This document shows, one piece after another, positions 40,853 through 50,816 of a stretch of DNA of 64,000 nt. A program made the translations under genes and the position numbers. Under the pieces are notes generated by a model. The model was not told where the DNA came from, ran no database searches, and worked only from the letters and a program-made list of their open reading frames with translations. The stretch is from Clostridia bacterium (GTDB lineage: Bacteria > Bacillota > Clostridia > Oscillospirales > JAAYXM01): contig JAFYQP010000053.1 in assembly GCA_017559855.1 (NCBI GenBank), positions 27,103 through 91,102 of the forward strand, written 5' to 3'. Position 1 is the stretch's first letter. Each line of letters opens with the position of its first letter.

Positions 40853-42124
40853 CTATTCCTCCATATTTGCAAGGGCGGTAGCAACTCCCACAACGGAAAG
40901 TTCTGCTTCTTCTCTATCGCCCGTTTTCATATTCTTAACGGTTACCTTTTTATTCGCAAGTTCGTCGTCACCGATTACAATACTTGCACGTGCTCCGATT
41001 TTGTCCGCATATTTCATCTGTGCTTTAAGGGATCTTGAAAGTGTGTCACGCTCTGCGGCGTATCCTTCATCACGAAGTTCGCTTACAAGACGTGCGGCAA
41101 ACATTTCCGCCGCCTCACCCATTGTTGCAACAAAAATATCAGGCACATCGGGGTTGGGTATCTCAATACCCTGTGCTTCCATAGTAAGAAGCAGACGCTC
41201 AAGACCTGAGCCAAAACCGAGACCTGCGGTAGCGGGTCCGCCTAATGTCTCAACAAGACCGTTATATCTTCCACCGCCGCAAATCGTTGATTGTGCACCG
41301 ATGCAGTCTACAATGAATTCAAAAACGGTATTTGTATAATAGTCAAGACCTCTTACAATTCTCGGATCTTCAACATATTTGATACCGCAATTATCAAGGT
41401 GTGCCTTTAACTTTTCATAGTGTGCAACACAGTCATCACACCAATAATCGGAAATCATAGGTGCACCCTCTGCAATCTCTTTGCAAATAGGACTCTTACA
41501 ATCGAGAATACGCATAGGGTTACGCTCAAGTCTTTCCTTACAAGTAGGACAAAGGTCATCCTCACGTGCTTTAAAATAAGCCTTAAGGGCTGCATGATAA
41601 TCAGGGCGGCAATTGGGACATCCGCATGAGTTAATGTGAAGAGATACGTCACGGATACCAAGTTCACGGAGCATACGGTCCGCAACTCCGATAACCTCTG
41701 CATCAGAGCCCGCGTCATAACTGCCAAAACATTCGATGCCAAACTGATGATGCTCGCGGAGTCTTCCCGCCTGAGGTTTTTCATAGCGGAAGTTTGGTGC
41801 AATATAATAAACCTTTATGGGAAGGCCTTTTGCATAAAGTCCGTTTTCAACAACAGAGCGTACAACCGATGCGGTACCCTCAGGGCGTAGTGCAATATGA
41901 CGGCCGCCTTTATCGATGAAATCGTACATTTCCTTCTGCACAACGTCGGTAGTATCACCCACTCCTCGGCAGAAAAGGTTGATGTCCTCGAACGTAGGAA
42001 AACGAATCTCCGTAAATCCCGAACGACGGGCAACATCACGAAGTTTTGCCTCCAAATAATGCCAACGGTACGACTCTTCAGGAAGAACGTCTTTCGTACC
42101 TCTTGGTGCTGTGATTTTTTCCAT
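40853..42124 (-). CDS. hisS: histidine--tRNA ligase
   Basis: 423 aa. GTKDVLPEE, YRYEKPQAGRLREHHQFG and GGGRYNGL motifs. Confidence 0.95.
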   Translation of the reverse strand: MEKITAPRGTKDVLPEESYRWHYLEAKLRDVARRSGFTEIRFPTFEDINLFCRGVGDTTDVVQKEMYDFIDKGGRHIALRPEGTASVVRSVVENGLYAKGLPIKVYYIAPNFRYEKPQAGRLREHHQFGIECFGSYDAGSDAEVIGVADRMLRELGIRDVSLHINSCGCPNCRPDYHAALKAYFKAREDDLCPTCKERLERNPMRILDCKSPICKEIAEGAPMISDYWCDDCVAHYEKLKAHLDNCGIKYVEDPRIVRGLDYYTNTVFEFIVDCIGAQSTICGGGRYNGLVETLGGPATAGLGFGSGLERLLLTMEAQGIEIPNPDVPDIFVATMGEAAEMFAARLVSELRDEGYAAERDTLSRSLKAQMKYADKIGARASIVIGDDELANKKVTVKNMKTGDREEAELSVVGVATALANMEE

Positions 42125-42157
42125 AGTTTAACCTACCTTTAAATTAAAGTTTTACGC

Positions 42158-42191
42158 ACAAAAAACTCCCTTGCACCGCACAGGCACAAGG
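42158..42191 (-). terminator. terminator-like hairpin inside the hisS-aspS leader (possible attenuator)
   Basis: Minus strand: CCTTGTGCC-tgtgc-GGTGCAAGG (9 bp including 2 G-U pairs), then GAG and TTTTTT. Lies between the promoter and the hisS RBS. Confidence 0.5.
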
Positions 42192-42221
42192 ATGCCATAA
42201 TACATAAATATATATAGTAGA

Positions 42222-42250
42222 ATTTTATAGTATTTTGCTCTAAAAGTCAA
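42222..42250 (-). promoter_or_regulatory. sigmaA promoter of hisS-aspS
   Basis: Minus strand reads TTGACT-17 nt-TAAAAT. Confidence 0.6.
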
Positions 42251-42322
42251 TACTTATGGTTTAAATCGGGGTGTACATTTTTGTATTATTATGTTATACT
42301 TACAAAGCGAGGTGAATACACT

Positions 42323-43084
42323 ATGTTTTTTGATACACATACCCATTTAGACGATGATAAATTCGATGATGACCGTGACTCGGTTATATCTTCACTCCGT
42401 GATTTCAACGTCACACGCATTATGAACGTCTCCTGCGATCTTGAAACCGCAGAAAAGACCATCGCACTTTGCGATAATTACGATTTTATATACGGTGCGG
42501 TGGGCGTACATCCCCACAACGCAGAGGAAGTCCCCGACGATTATCTTGACACACTACGCAAAATGTCAAAACACGATAAAATAAAGGCAATTGGTGAAAT
42601 CGGCCTTGATTATTACTACGATTTTTCACCGCGAGACGTACAGAAAAAGATTTTCACAGAGCAGTTACATCTTGCTCGTGAATTAAACCTTCCGGTTATA
42701 ATTCATGACCGTGACGCACATGAGGACTGTCTTAATATTCTTCGTGATTTCACTGATTTAAAGGTCGTTTATCATTGCTACTCAGGCAGTCTTGAATATG
42801 CAAAAATCCTTATATCACTCGGTTTTTACCTATCCTTTACCGGATCCCTTACCTTCAAAAATGCAAAGGCAGGACCTGAGGTTGTTTCCCACATTCCAAT
42901 TGAGCGAATGTTCATTGAAACCGACTGTCCCTATCTTGCTCCGGTACCCAATCGAGGAAAACGAAACTTCCCCGGTTTTGTCCCTCTTGTCGCGGAGAAA
43001 ATTGCTGAAATCCGAAATATTCCCGTTGAGGATGTTGCGAAAATCACTTTTGAAAATGCAAATCAATTCTTTAACGTAAAATAG
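42323..43084 (+). CDS. tatD: TatD family metal-dependent hydrolase
   Basis: GAGGTG RBS then ATG 42323. MFFDTHTHLDD...GEIGLDYYY...IHDRDAH...ETDCPYL. Confidence 0.92.
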   Translation: MFFDTHTHLDDDKFDDDRDSVISSLRDFNVTRIMNVSCDLETAEKTIALCDNYDFIYGAVGVHPHNAEEVPDDYLDTLRKMSKHDKIKAIGEIGLDYYYDFSPRDVQKKIFTEQLHLARELNLPVIIHDRDAHEDCLNILRDFTDLKVVYHCYSGSLEYAKILISLGFYLSFTGSLTFKNAKAGPEVVSHIPIERMFIETDCPYLAPVPNRGKRNFPGFVPLVAEKIAEIRNIPVEDVAKITFENANQFFNVK

Positions 43085-43111
43085 GTGGTCATAACGACCA
43101 CCTATTTTTTA
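43077..43111. terminator. bidirectional terminator
   Basis: ATAGGTGGTC-ataac-GACCACCTAT flanked by an A-run and a T-run. Confidence 0.8.
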
Positions 43112-44122
43112 TAGTACATCACTTAATGCTACACTCGCTTCGTTTTCAGTTAAATACTTATCCTGTGCACTCTGCATAAGCAAATCTTGGCTTTGTGTCT
43201 TCTTATCGGGCAACACAAGTATTACCGTGGTTGAACTTTTATCGCTTTTTACCAAAACCTCACCATTCTGACATTCGATAAGATTTACACAACGAAGCAT
43301 ATCGTAACCGAACACGTGCACATCGCTTACAAGGGAGTCTGCCCTTCTTTTGTACACATAATCAATCTGCTCTTCCTGCCAATGTAAACCTTCACATTCA
43401 CACTCAATAAGAACCATATTGTTGCTGCGATTTAATTTTACGGAAACTTCCCCGTCCCTCCGTGTGAACATAAATGCGGAAATGACACTGTAAATTGCGT
43501 TTTCAGTTGCACCGGGATCGCAATATGCTATATCGCCGGGAATCTCTTCATCGCATTTAATTTTAAGAGTTGGCAGAAGATTTGCGGCATTTCTTACTGC
43601 ATTTACAATCAAACCCGAAACATTGCAACAAATAACCTTATCACTCTTACCACGAATATAACGTGTAAGTTCCGCAATAGTTGTGTTTGTTTTGATAAGC
43701 CGTCTATATGCGGTTTCAAACGGCTTTCCGTTATCGCTTCCGCTTAAAATCATATACGTATCGTCAAATATCTGCTTTTGATACACGGCAATTGCGTATA
43801 TACTCTTTGCCTTAAAATCAACCTCGTTTTTGAATTTATCAACTTCATTTTCCTTATGCAACAACACGCAAATACACCCGTCTACTATCAGAACTTTTCC
43901 ATCGTAATTATCACCATATATAACCTGACTAAATGAATGATGATCCGAACACTCCTTAATTGCTTTGACATTTTCAAAATCCAATACGGCAAACGGGTTA
44001 TCATCAAACAAAGTCGCCGCACTTTCGTTCATATAAATAATATTGTCGTTATGTACCATGAAAAACGGGCCTTCTGAACCACCGTAAAGTTGTGCCAGAT
44101 GCCTCTTTATATCTCTTGACAT
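43109..44122 (-). CDS. cytoplasmic PAS-like / DHp-like / degenerate HATPase-like protein (pseudo-histidine-kinase), unknown function
   Basis: AAGGAGGGAG RBS then ATG 44122 (MSRDIKRHL). Architecture inferred by eye; see finding. Confidence 0.45.
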   Translation of the reverse strand: MSRDIKRHLAQLYGGSEGPFFMVHNDNIIYMNESAATLFDDNPFAVLDFENVKAIKECSDHHSFSQVIYGDNYDGKVLIVDGCICVLLHKENEVDKFKNEVDFKAKSIYAIAVYQKQIFDDTYMILSGSDNGKPFETAYRRLIKTNTTIAELTRYIRGKSDKVICCNVSGLIVNAVRNAANLLPTLKIKCDEEIPGDIAYCDPGATENAIYSVISAFMFTRRDGEVSVKLNRSNNMVLIECECEGLHWQEEQIDYVYKRRADSLVSDVHVFGYDMLRCVNLIECQNGEVLVKSDKSSTTVILVLPDKKTQSQDLLMQSAQDKYLTENEASVALSDVL

Positions 44123-44181
44123 TGTAATTCTCCCTCCTTGCTTGTTAATATTATACATCAATTTGGTAAAACGCACAATAA

Positions 44182-45306
<1,125 letters not shown>

Positions 45307-45322
45307 GATTAAACTAAACAAT

Positions 45323-45358
45323 AAAAACACCGTGCAGATTTTGCACGGTGTTTTTTTA
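45323..45358. terminator. bidirectional terminator (gap and the DHHW operon)
   Basis: CACCGTGCA-gattt-TGCACGGTG flanked by A5 and T7 runs. Confidence 0.85.
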
Positions 45359-45359
45359 T

Positions 45360-46457
45360 TTAATTTCCTAAATTAACAAGGCTAAATTCATTACAAAGAC
45401 TATCCGGTGAATAAATAAGTATTATCTCATCCACATTCATTGTCTTTGCGTATTCAGACGGGCTTTGCCTATTATATCGCGTATCGGCAACATAGGTCAC
45501 CTCGTTATCAAGTGCAAGATACGGCAACATTACGTTTGCAAAGGAATCTTTTAAAACAAAACTCGCCCCCTTACCTACCGATCCTATTGCCATAAGAGGT
45601 TGATCTCCACCCTGAAAATATCTGTATTTATCAAACTCGCCTAAAAATTCAGGATAGAACATCTCACCGTCTGCATCACTGCCGTCACGGTTAACTGATA
45701 TTGCAAAATAATCATTCGTTATTTCTTCAGGAACCTCAATTTTGTCAAGAGGTATCCACGGAAGTTTAACACCTGCTTTTGTAACCATTGTCCCCTTAAA
45801 ATCACCGGCAACGGTTATAAAATTATAGGCTTTATCCGTTCCCATCATTTGACTGTATGCGTAGTATGCACCTTTCATCGTCCAATGGTGGTCGCCATTA
45901 AAGTAAATATACTCATCCTTGTTCTCCTGCAGTATATCTTTAGGATAAACAATGTTTATTTTGCCGCCCAATTTTTCATACACTCTGTCAATTACATGAT
46001 TTTCCTTACTCGTCTCACCTAGAGGCAGGTTATCTTCATATATTGTAGATGCTTCGGGCACAACGAGGAGTGTTACGGGTTTCCCGCTTTTTTCTGCTAA
46101 TTTTAAAATTGCATCAAGGTTATTTTCAAGCCGTTCTTTATTTACGACAAGTTCACGGATATACCTGTCCTCGGTAATATACACACCGTTTAATTTCTTC
46201 TGACCGATGAGATACTGGGACAATCCCTTTGCAAAAACCCACGTATCCCTGCCAAAGAACTGGTCACTTGCATATTTGTCAAACTTACTTGTAAAATCGC
46301 CTGAAATCACTGTATCCAAAGTAAAATCGGGCATTTGATCAAGTTCTCGTTTTTCACTTTCCGAATATAAATTATCAGGCAAAACAATATTTACAACAAG
46401 AGACAAGAACAAAAAAATTATAAATATTCCTGCAATAATTCGATTTGAATTTTTCAT
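45360..46457 (-). CDS. DHHW family protein (membrane-anchored, AlgJ/PatB-like partner of MBOAT)
   Basis: N-terminal TM helix IIAGIFIIFLFLSLVVNIVL. Eponymous motif YFNGDHHWTMKGAYYAY. Confidence 0.75.
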   Translation of the reverse strand: MKNSNRIIAGIFIIFLFLSLVVNIVLPDNLYSESEKRELDQMPDFTLDTVISGDFTSKFDKYASDQFFGRDTWVFAKGLSQYLIGQKKLNGVYITEDRYIRELVVNKERLENNLDAILKLAEKSGKPVTLLVVPEASTIYEDNLPLGETSKENHVIDRVYEKLGGKINIVYPKDILQENKDEYIYFNGDHHWTMKGAYYAYSQMMGTDKAYNFITVAGDFKGTMVTKAGVKLPWIPLDKIEVPEEITNDYFAISVNRDGSDADGEMFYPEFLGEFDKYRYFQGGDQPLMAIGSVGKGASFVLKDSFANVMLPYLALDNEVTYVADTRYNRQSPSEYAKTMNVDEIILIYSPDSLCNEFSLVNLGN

Positions 46458-46469
46458 ATGCCCACCTCC

Positions 46470-47870
46470 TTAAAAACGGAAATACAGGAACGGATTATAC
46501 CCCGATTCCACAAGGTAGGCAACCGACAAGAGAAGCACCGCTATCGCCATTACGGGCACAACTACAGGTGCAATCTTTTTAAAGAATCCGATTTTCATAA
46601 TTTTATCTTTAATCGGAGTTGAAAGAACACCCAGAATTATTAGCATTGGCAGGTATGACAGAAAATCGAATATTGCCTTTTGATTCACAAACGACGCATT
46701 TCCGAACATAATTTTAAGGTATGCAACACCTGTTGTCATATCTTCAAACGCAAACAGTACCCAACCTAAAAGGATAAATAGTATTGAATATACGTGGCGG
46801 AATACACGAGGTAATTTTCTAAGTATGTTTTGAAGAAATAGTTTTTCTATCAGCAGGATTACTCCGTAATACACACCCCACAAAAGGAAGTTCCAATTAG
46901 CACCGTGCCATATGCCAGTAAGCAGCCATACCACAAGGATATTTCTTATATGCTTCGGGACGTTAACTCGATTGCCGCCAAGAGGAATGTATACATATTC
47001 TCTAAACCAACTGCCAAGTGTCATATGCCAACGACGCCAAAATTCGGTAATACTTTGCGAAATATAAGGATAATTAAAGTTTTCAGGGAAAGTAAGGCCG
47101 AACATTTTGCCAAGACCTATTGCCATATCGGAATAACCCGAAAAATCAAAATAGATCTGGAACGCAAAAGCAATTATGCCAAGCCATGCGTAAAGAACGC
47201 TCATTTCTGCTATAGGCGTTGATTGCACGGTGTCCCACAGGATACCTATGTTATTTGCAAGTAAGACTTTCTTGCCCAGACCTGCAATAAAACGTGCAAC
47301 ACCCTCCGAGAACATATCCGCACTGCCACGGTTTTCATTGTCAAGTTCCTCGGCTATATCCGTATATTTAACTATGGGACCTGCAATAAGTTGCGGGAAC
47401 AAAGTTACAAAAGTTGCAAAGTTTATGATACTCTTCTGTGCACCCACGTTTTTTCGGTACACATCTATCGTATACGACATTGTCTGGAAGGTATAGAATG
47501 ATATACCGATAGGAAGTGTTATATCAAGAAGTCCTACATTGGACATACCGAAAAGAGCCATTATATTTCCGGCAAGGAAATTATAATATTTAAAAAATCC
47601 CAAAACGCTAAGATTAATTACTATAGACGCAATGAGAAAGACCTTTCCGCTTTTACCCTTACTCTGTTCTCGTGCAATAAGTTTACCGCAAGTATAGTCC
47701 ACTACCGTTGAGAAAAGCATAATAAGAATATATCTCGGCTCACCCCAAGCGTAGAAAATAAGACTTGATACAGCAAGAATCGCATTTCTTAAACGACGGG
47801 GTGATATAAAATATAAAAGTATGACGCAAGGTAAAAAGTAAAACAGAAAACTTATGCTGCTAAAAACCAT
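46470..47870 (-). CDS. MBOAT family O-acyltransferase (AlgI/DltB/PatA-like)
   Basis: 466-aa polytopic protein. FWRRWHMTLGSWFREYVYIPLGGNR (conserved His). Confidence 0.88.
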   Translation of the reverse strand: MVFSSISFLFYFLPCVILLYFISPRRLRNAILAVSSLIFYAWGEPRYILIMLFSTVVDYTCGKLIAREQSKGKSGKVFLIASIVINLSVLGFFKYYNFLAGNIMALFGMSNVGLLDITLPIGISFYTFQTMSYTIDVYRKNVGAQKSIINFATFVTLFPQLIAGPIVKYTDIAEELDNENRGSADMFSEGVARFIAGLGKKVLLANNIGILWDTVQSTPIAEMSVLYAWLGIIAFAFQIYFDFSGYSDMAIGLGKMFGLTFPENFNYPYISQSITEFWRRWHMTLGSWFREYVYIPLGGNRVNVPKHIRNILVVWLLTGIWHGANWNFLLWGVYYGVILLIEKLFLQNILRKLPRVFRHVYSILFILLGWVLFAFEDMTTGVAYLKIMFGNASFVNQKAIFDFLSYLPMLIILGVLSTPIKDKIMKIGFFKKIAPVVVPVMAIAVLLLSVAYLVESGYNPFLYFRF

Positions 47871-47884
47871 AATGTTTCTCCGAT

Positions 47885-48661
47885 TTATTTGGTAAAGTAA
47901 TTATTGATTGCGTTAGTTCCTTTCTCAACCTGTGCCTTGGCAAAGTTAAGTTGAGTCGCTTCATCCGCCTCCATATCACCTGCTGCACCAAGCATTACAA
48001 GGAAAACATAATCGCCGTGAGAAATAACCTTTGCCGCTTGTGCCTTGGGCATATTGGATGGATACATCATTGCACCGTTAAGCAGGCTATCTTTATACGA
48101 ATTAAGTGTACCTGCAACCGCCGCACCCTTGCCGCTTTTAGCCTTAATTGCAATAAAGGTGTCGATATTTGCACTAATCATTGGTTGCTCTGCGATATAC
48201 TCCTCAACGTCGTCCAAATTGATGCCAAAAAGATCCTTAAGCGATTCCTTAGGAATCTCAACGTTAGGACGATAGTCATCGCCGTAGGTATTTTTAATAA
48301 TTGTGTGTACTTCTTTAATTGAATATTCCTTAACAGTCGGCTTGTCCTCAGGCTTTTGTTCCGGTGTATTGCTTCCTGCAGGCTTATCTGCCGGCTTTTC
48401 AGGAGTTGTTGAAGGCTTTGCCGGTTTTGTGGTCTCCGGTTTTACGGGTTTTGTCTCCGGACTAGTTACAGGTTTGTTTTCTTCCGGATTTACTGTCGGT
48501 GTACTGTCGGGAATCTCTTCAGGTACATCTTCAGGCACATCCGTATCTACAACCGGTTGTTGTTCTTCACCATCAACCTCAGGTACAACCTCCTCACCGC
48601 AACCTGCAAGCATAGTTGCCATAAGGGAAAGTGCGAGTAATAACAACAATAATTTTTTCAT
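47885..48661 (-). CDS. lipoprotein with P/E/K/T-rich linker and DUF4358-like C-terminal domain
   Basis: Lipobox MLAGC. Roughly 90-aa low-complexity spacer. C-terminal TFIAIKAKSG...HGDYVFLV is paralogous to 2829-3356. Confidence 0.65.
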   Translation of the reverse strand: MKKLLLLLLALSLMATMLAGCGEEVVPEVDGEEQQPVVDTDVPEDVPEEIPDSTPTVNPEENKPVTSPETKPVKPETTKPAKPSTTPEKPADKPAGSNTPEQKPEDKPTVKEYSIKEVHTIIKNTYGDDYRPNVEIPKESLKDLFGINLDDVEEYIAEQPMISANIDTFIAIKAKSGKGAAVAGTLNSYKDSLLNGAMMYPSNMPKAQAAKVISHGDYVFLVMLGAAGDMEADEATQLNFAKAQVEKGTNAINNYFTK

Positions 48662-48720
48662 AAGAAAATCTCCTTTTTATTTCTTTAGACGGGGTTTTGC
48701 AAAAAAGGTTCCATAAAAAA

Positions 48721-50079
48721 TTATACAAGTGCCGCAATCGCTTCGCGGATATTTTTTGCAGGTAAAAGTTTAAGTCCGTCAGGTGCTTTTATATCACGTG
48801 CATTTTGTGACGGGATAACGCACACTTCAAAACCAAGTCGTGCAATTTCGTTCACTCTCTGTTGTGCACTTGACACCGCACGAATTTCACCCGTAAGACC
48901 AACTTCGCCAAATGCCGCAACCTTATCGCTTATGGGACTGTCTTTCGCACTTGATGCAAGTGCAAGTACGGTTGCAAGATCTGCCGCAGGCTCATCCAAT
49001 CTTAAGCCACCGATAACGTTTATATATACATCGCAATTTGACATTTTAAAACCTGCACGTTTTTCAAGCACGGCAAGTAAAAGCATTGCTCTGTTATAAT
49101 CAATACCTGCACTCATTCGTCTTGCCTGTCCGAATCCGCTTGTTGTTACAAGTGCCTGAATTTCAGATAAAATCGGGCGTGAGCCTTCCATTACGCACGC
49201 AACACAAGTGCCGGGAACATTTATGGGACGACCGTCTAAAAGTGCGGCAGACGGATTTCCGACCTCACGGAGACCTTTATCTACCATTTCAAAAACGCCA
49301 ATCTCATTTGTTGAGCCATAACGGTTCTTTGCCGCACGAAGTATGCGATAAGAAAGGCTTCTATCCCCTTCAAAGTACATTACACAGTCTACCATATGTT
49401 CAAGAACTTTAGGTCCTGCAATTGCTCCCTCTTTATTCACGTGTCCCACAACAAACATGGTTATCTCCTCGCCTTTGGCAAGGCCCATAAGAGCCATTGT
49501 ACATTCTCTGACCTGAGCAACGCTACCCGGTGCAGACGACACGTCAGAGCGGTACACCGTTTGTATGGAGTCAACAATCACCACGTCAGGGCGTATACTT
49601 TTTGCGGTTTCGATTATGTCTTCAATATCGGTTTCCGAATATATCAAAAGATTGTCGTTGTCAACACCCAATCGCTCTGCCCTGAGTTTTAACTGCCGTT
49701 TTGATTCTTCACCTGAAATATAAAGAACCTTTAGTGAATTGCACAGATGGTTACAAATTTGGAGAAGTATGGTTGATTTGCCGATACCCGGCTCACCACC
49801 GATAAGCACAAGTGATCCCTTTACCGCACCACCGCCCAGCACACGGTCAAGTTCACACATACCTGTATCAAAACGCAACTCATCCTGTGTTGTGATTTGA
49901 TTAAGCGGTACTACCTCACCACGTTTGCCGCGACCAATTGTTACAGCCGGAGCATTTTTACTGCTTTGTGCTACCTGCTCCACCATAGTATTCCACGCAC
50001 CGCAACTTGTGCATCTGCCGTACCATTTGGGCGACTCAAAGCCACATTCACTGCACACAAAAACGGTTTTAGTTTTCAT
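48721..50079 (-). CDS. radA: DNA repair protein RadA/Sms
   Basis: Zn ribbon CSECGFESPKWYGRCTSCGAW. GGEPGIGKST Walker A. KNRYGSTNE motif. Lon-like C-terminus. Confidence 0.95.
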   Translation of the reverse strand: MKTKTVFVCSECGFESPKWYGRCTSCGAWNTMVEQVAQSSKNAPAVTIGRGKRGEVVPLNQITTQDELRFDTGMCELDRVLGGGAVKGSLVLIGGEPGIGKSTILLQICNHLCNSLKVLYISGEESKRQLKLRAERLGVDNDNLLIYSETDIEDIIETAKSIRPDVVIVDSIQTVYRSDVSSAPGSVAQVRECTMALMGLAKGEEITMFVVGHVNKEGAIAGPKVLEHMVDCVMYFEGDRSLSYRILRAAKNRYGSTNEIGVFEMVDKGLREVGNPSAALLDGRPINVPGTCVACVMEGSRPILSEIQALVTTSGFGQARRMSAGIDYNRAMLLLAVLEKRAGFKMSNCDVYINVIGGLRLDEPAADLATVLALASSAKDSPISDKVAAFGEVGLTGEIRAVSSAQQRVNEIARLGFEVCVIPSQNARDIKAPDGLKLLPAKNIREAIAALV

Positions 50080-50764
50080 TCATCAACACATCCTTATAAC
50101 TATTTGCAAAGCCAACTGCAATCGAGACGGCTAGTTTTCTTTGATAATCTTCGTCTTTTAAAAGTGTTTCTTCTTTTTTATTTGACAGAAATCCGCACTC
50201 CACCAAAATTGCGGGGCAATTTACGTTGTTTAGCAAATAAACGTTACCTGCCTTTTGCGGAGTTCTTTTATTTTCATTGTCCACACCATATTTGAGAGTG
50301 TCCTGAACGGATACGGCAAGTGGCTTACTAGCCTCATTTTTGCCGTAAAAAACCTGGGCACCCGAATACTTTTCCATACTAAAATGGTTTAGATGTACGC
50401 TTATCAAAAAAGCGTCGTGAATTTTGTTTATGCTATCCACCCTGTTTTTTATATCCGATACTTTTTTCTCTCGAATTGTATTGCCTTCTTTATGTACGGA
50501 ATTATCATCACTTCGTGTCATATGCGTATTCGCACCGAGGAACGTCAGCATATCACAAAGTTTTTCGGATATTTCAAGATTTAAATCCTTTTCCATAACT
50601 CCGCTTATTCCCACCGCACCACCGTCAAATCCGCCGTGCCCAGGATCTATTACAACTGTTGGCGTAACATCCCAAAACGTAAACACAGACCTGCTTTCAG
50701 GTGACATACACATCAAAAACAAAGAGATAAGAATAATGAAGAACACAAAAATTTTCTTATTCAA
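50069..50764 (-). CDS. cwlD: N-acetylmuramoyl-L-alanine amidase, CwlD-like (Amidase_3)
   Basis: TTG start after GGGGGTG. N-terminal TM/signal sequence. VIDPGHGGFDGGA and LISVHLN motifs. Its 3' end overlaps the radA start by 11 nt. Confidence 0.8.
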   Translation of the reverse strand: MNKKIFVFFIILISLFLMCMSPESRSVFTFWDVTPTVVIDPGHGGFDGGAVGISGVMEKDLNLEISEKLCDMLTFLGANTHMTRSDDNSVHKEGNTIREKKVSDIKNRVDSINKIHDAFLISVHLNHFSMEKYSGAQVFYGKNEASKPLAVSVQDTLKYGVDNENKRTPQKAGNVYLLNNVNCPAILVECGFLSNKKEETLLKDEDYQRKLAVSIAVGFANSYKDVLMNEN

Positions 50765-50786
50765 AATGGCAACACCCCCACAGAAA

Positions 50787-50816
50787 AATCTATGAGAGTG
50801 ATGTTATATCTTATTC
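50787..50816 (-). promoter_or_regulatory. candidate sigmaE-type promoter of cwlD
   Basis: Minus strand reads GAATAAG-N15-CATAGATT (6/7 and 6/8 to ZHATAXX / CATACAHT; the spacer is 1 nt long). Confidence 0.35.

Noticed and set aside
42125-42222. T-box riboswitch or His/Asp leader-peptide attenuation upstream of hisS
   Set aside because: The leader is only about 100 nt, and no T-box core sequence or specifier-loop architecture is visible. The only leader ORF (MYYGILVPVRCKGVFCA) has no RBS and no His or Asp codons. The hairpin itself is reported as a finding.
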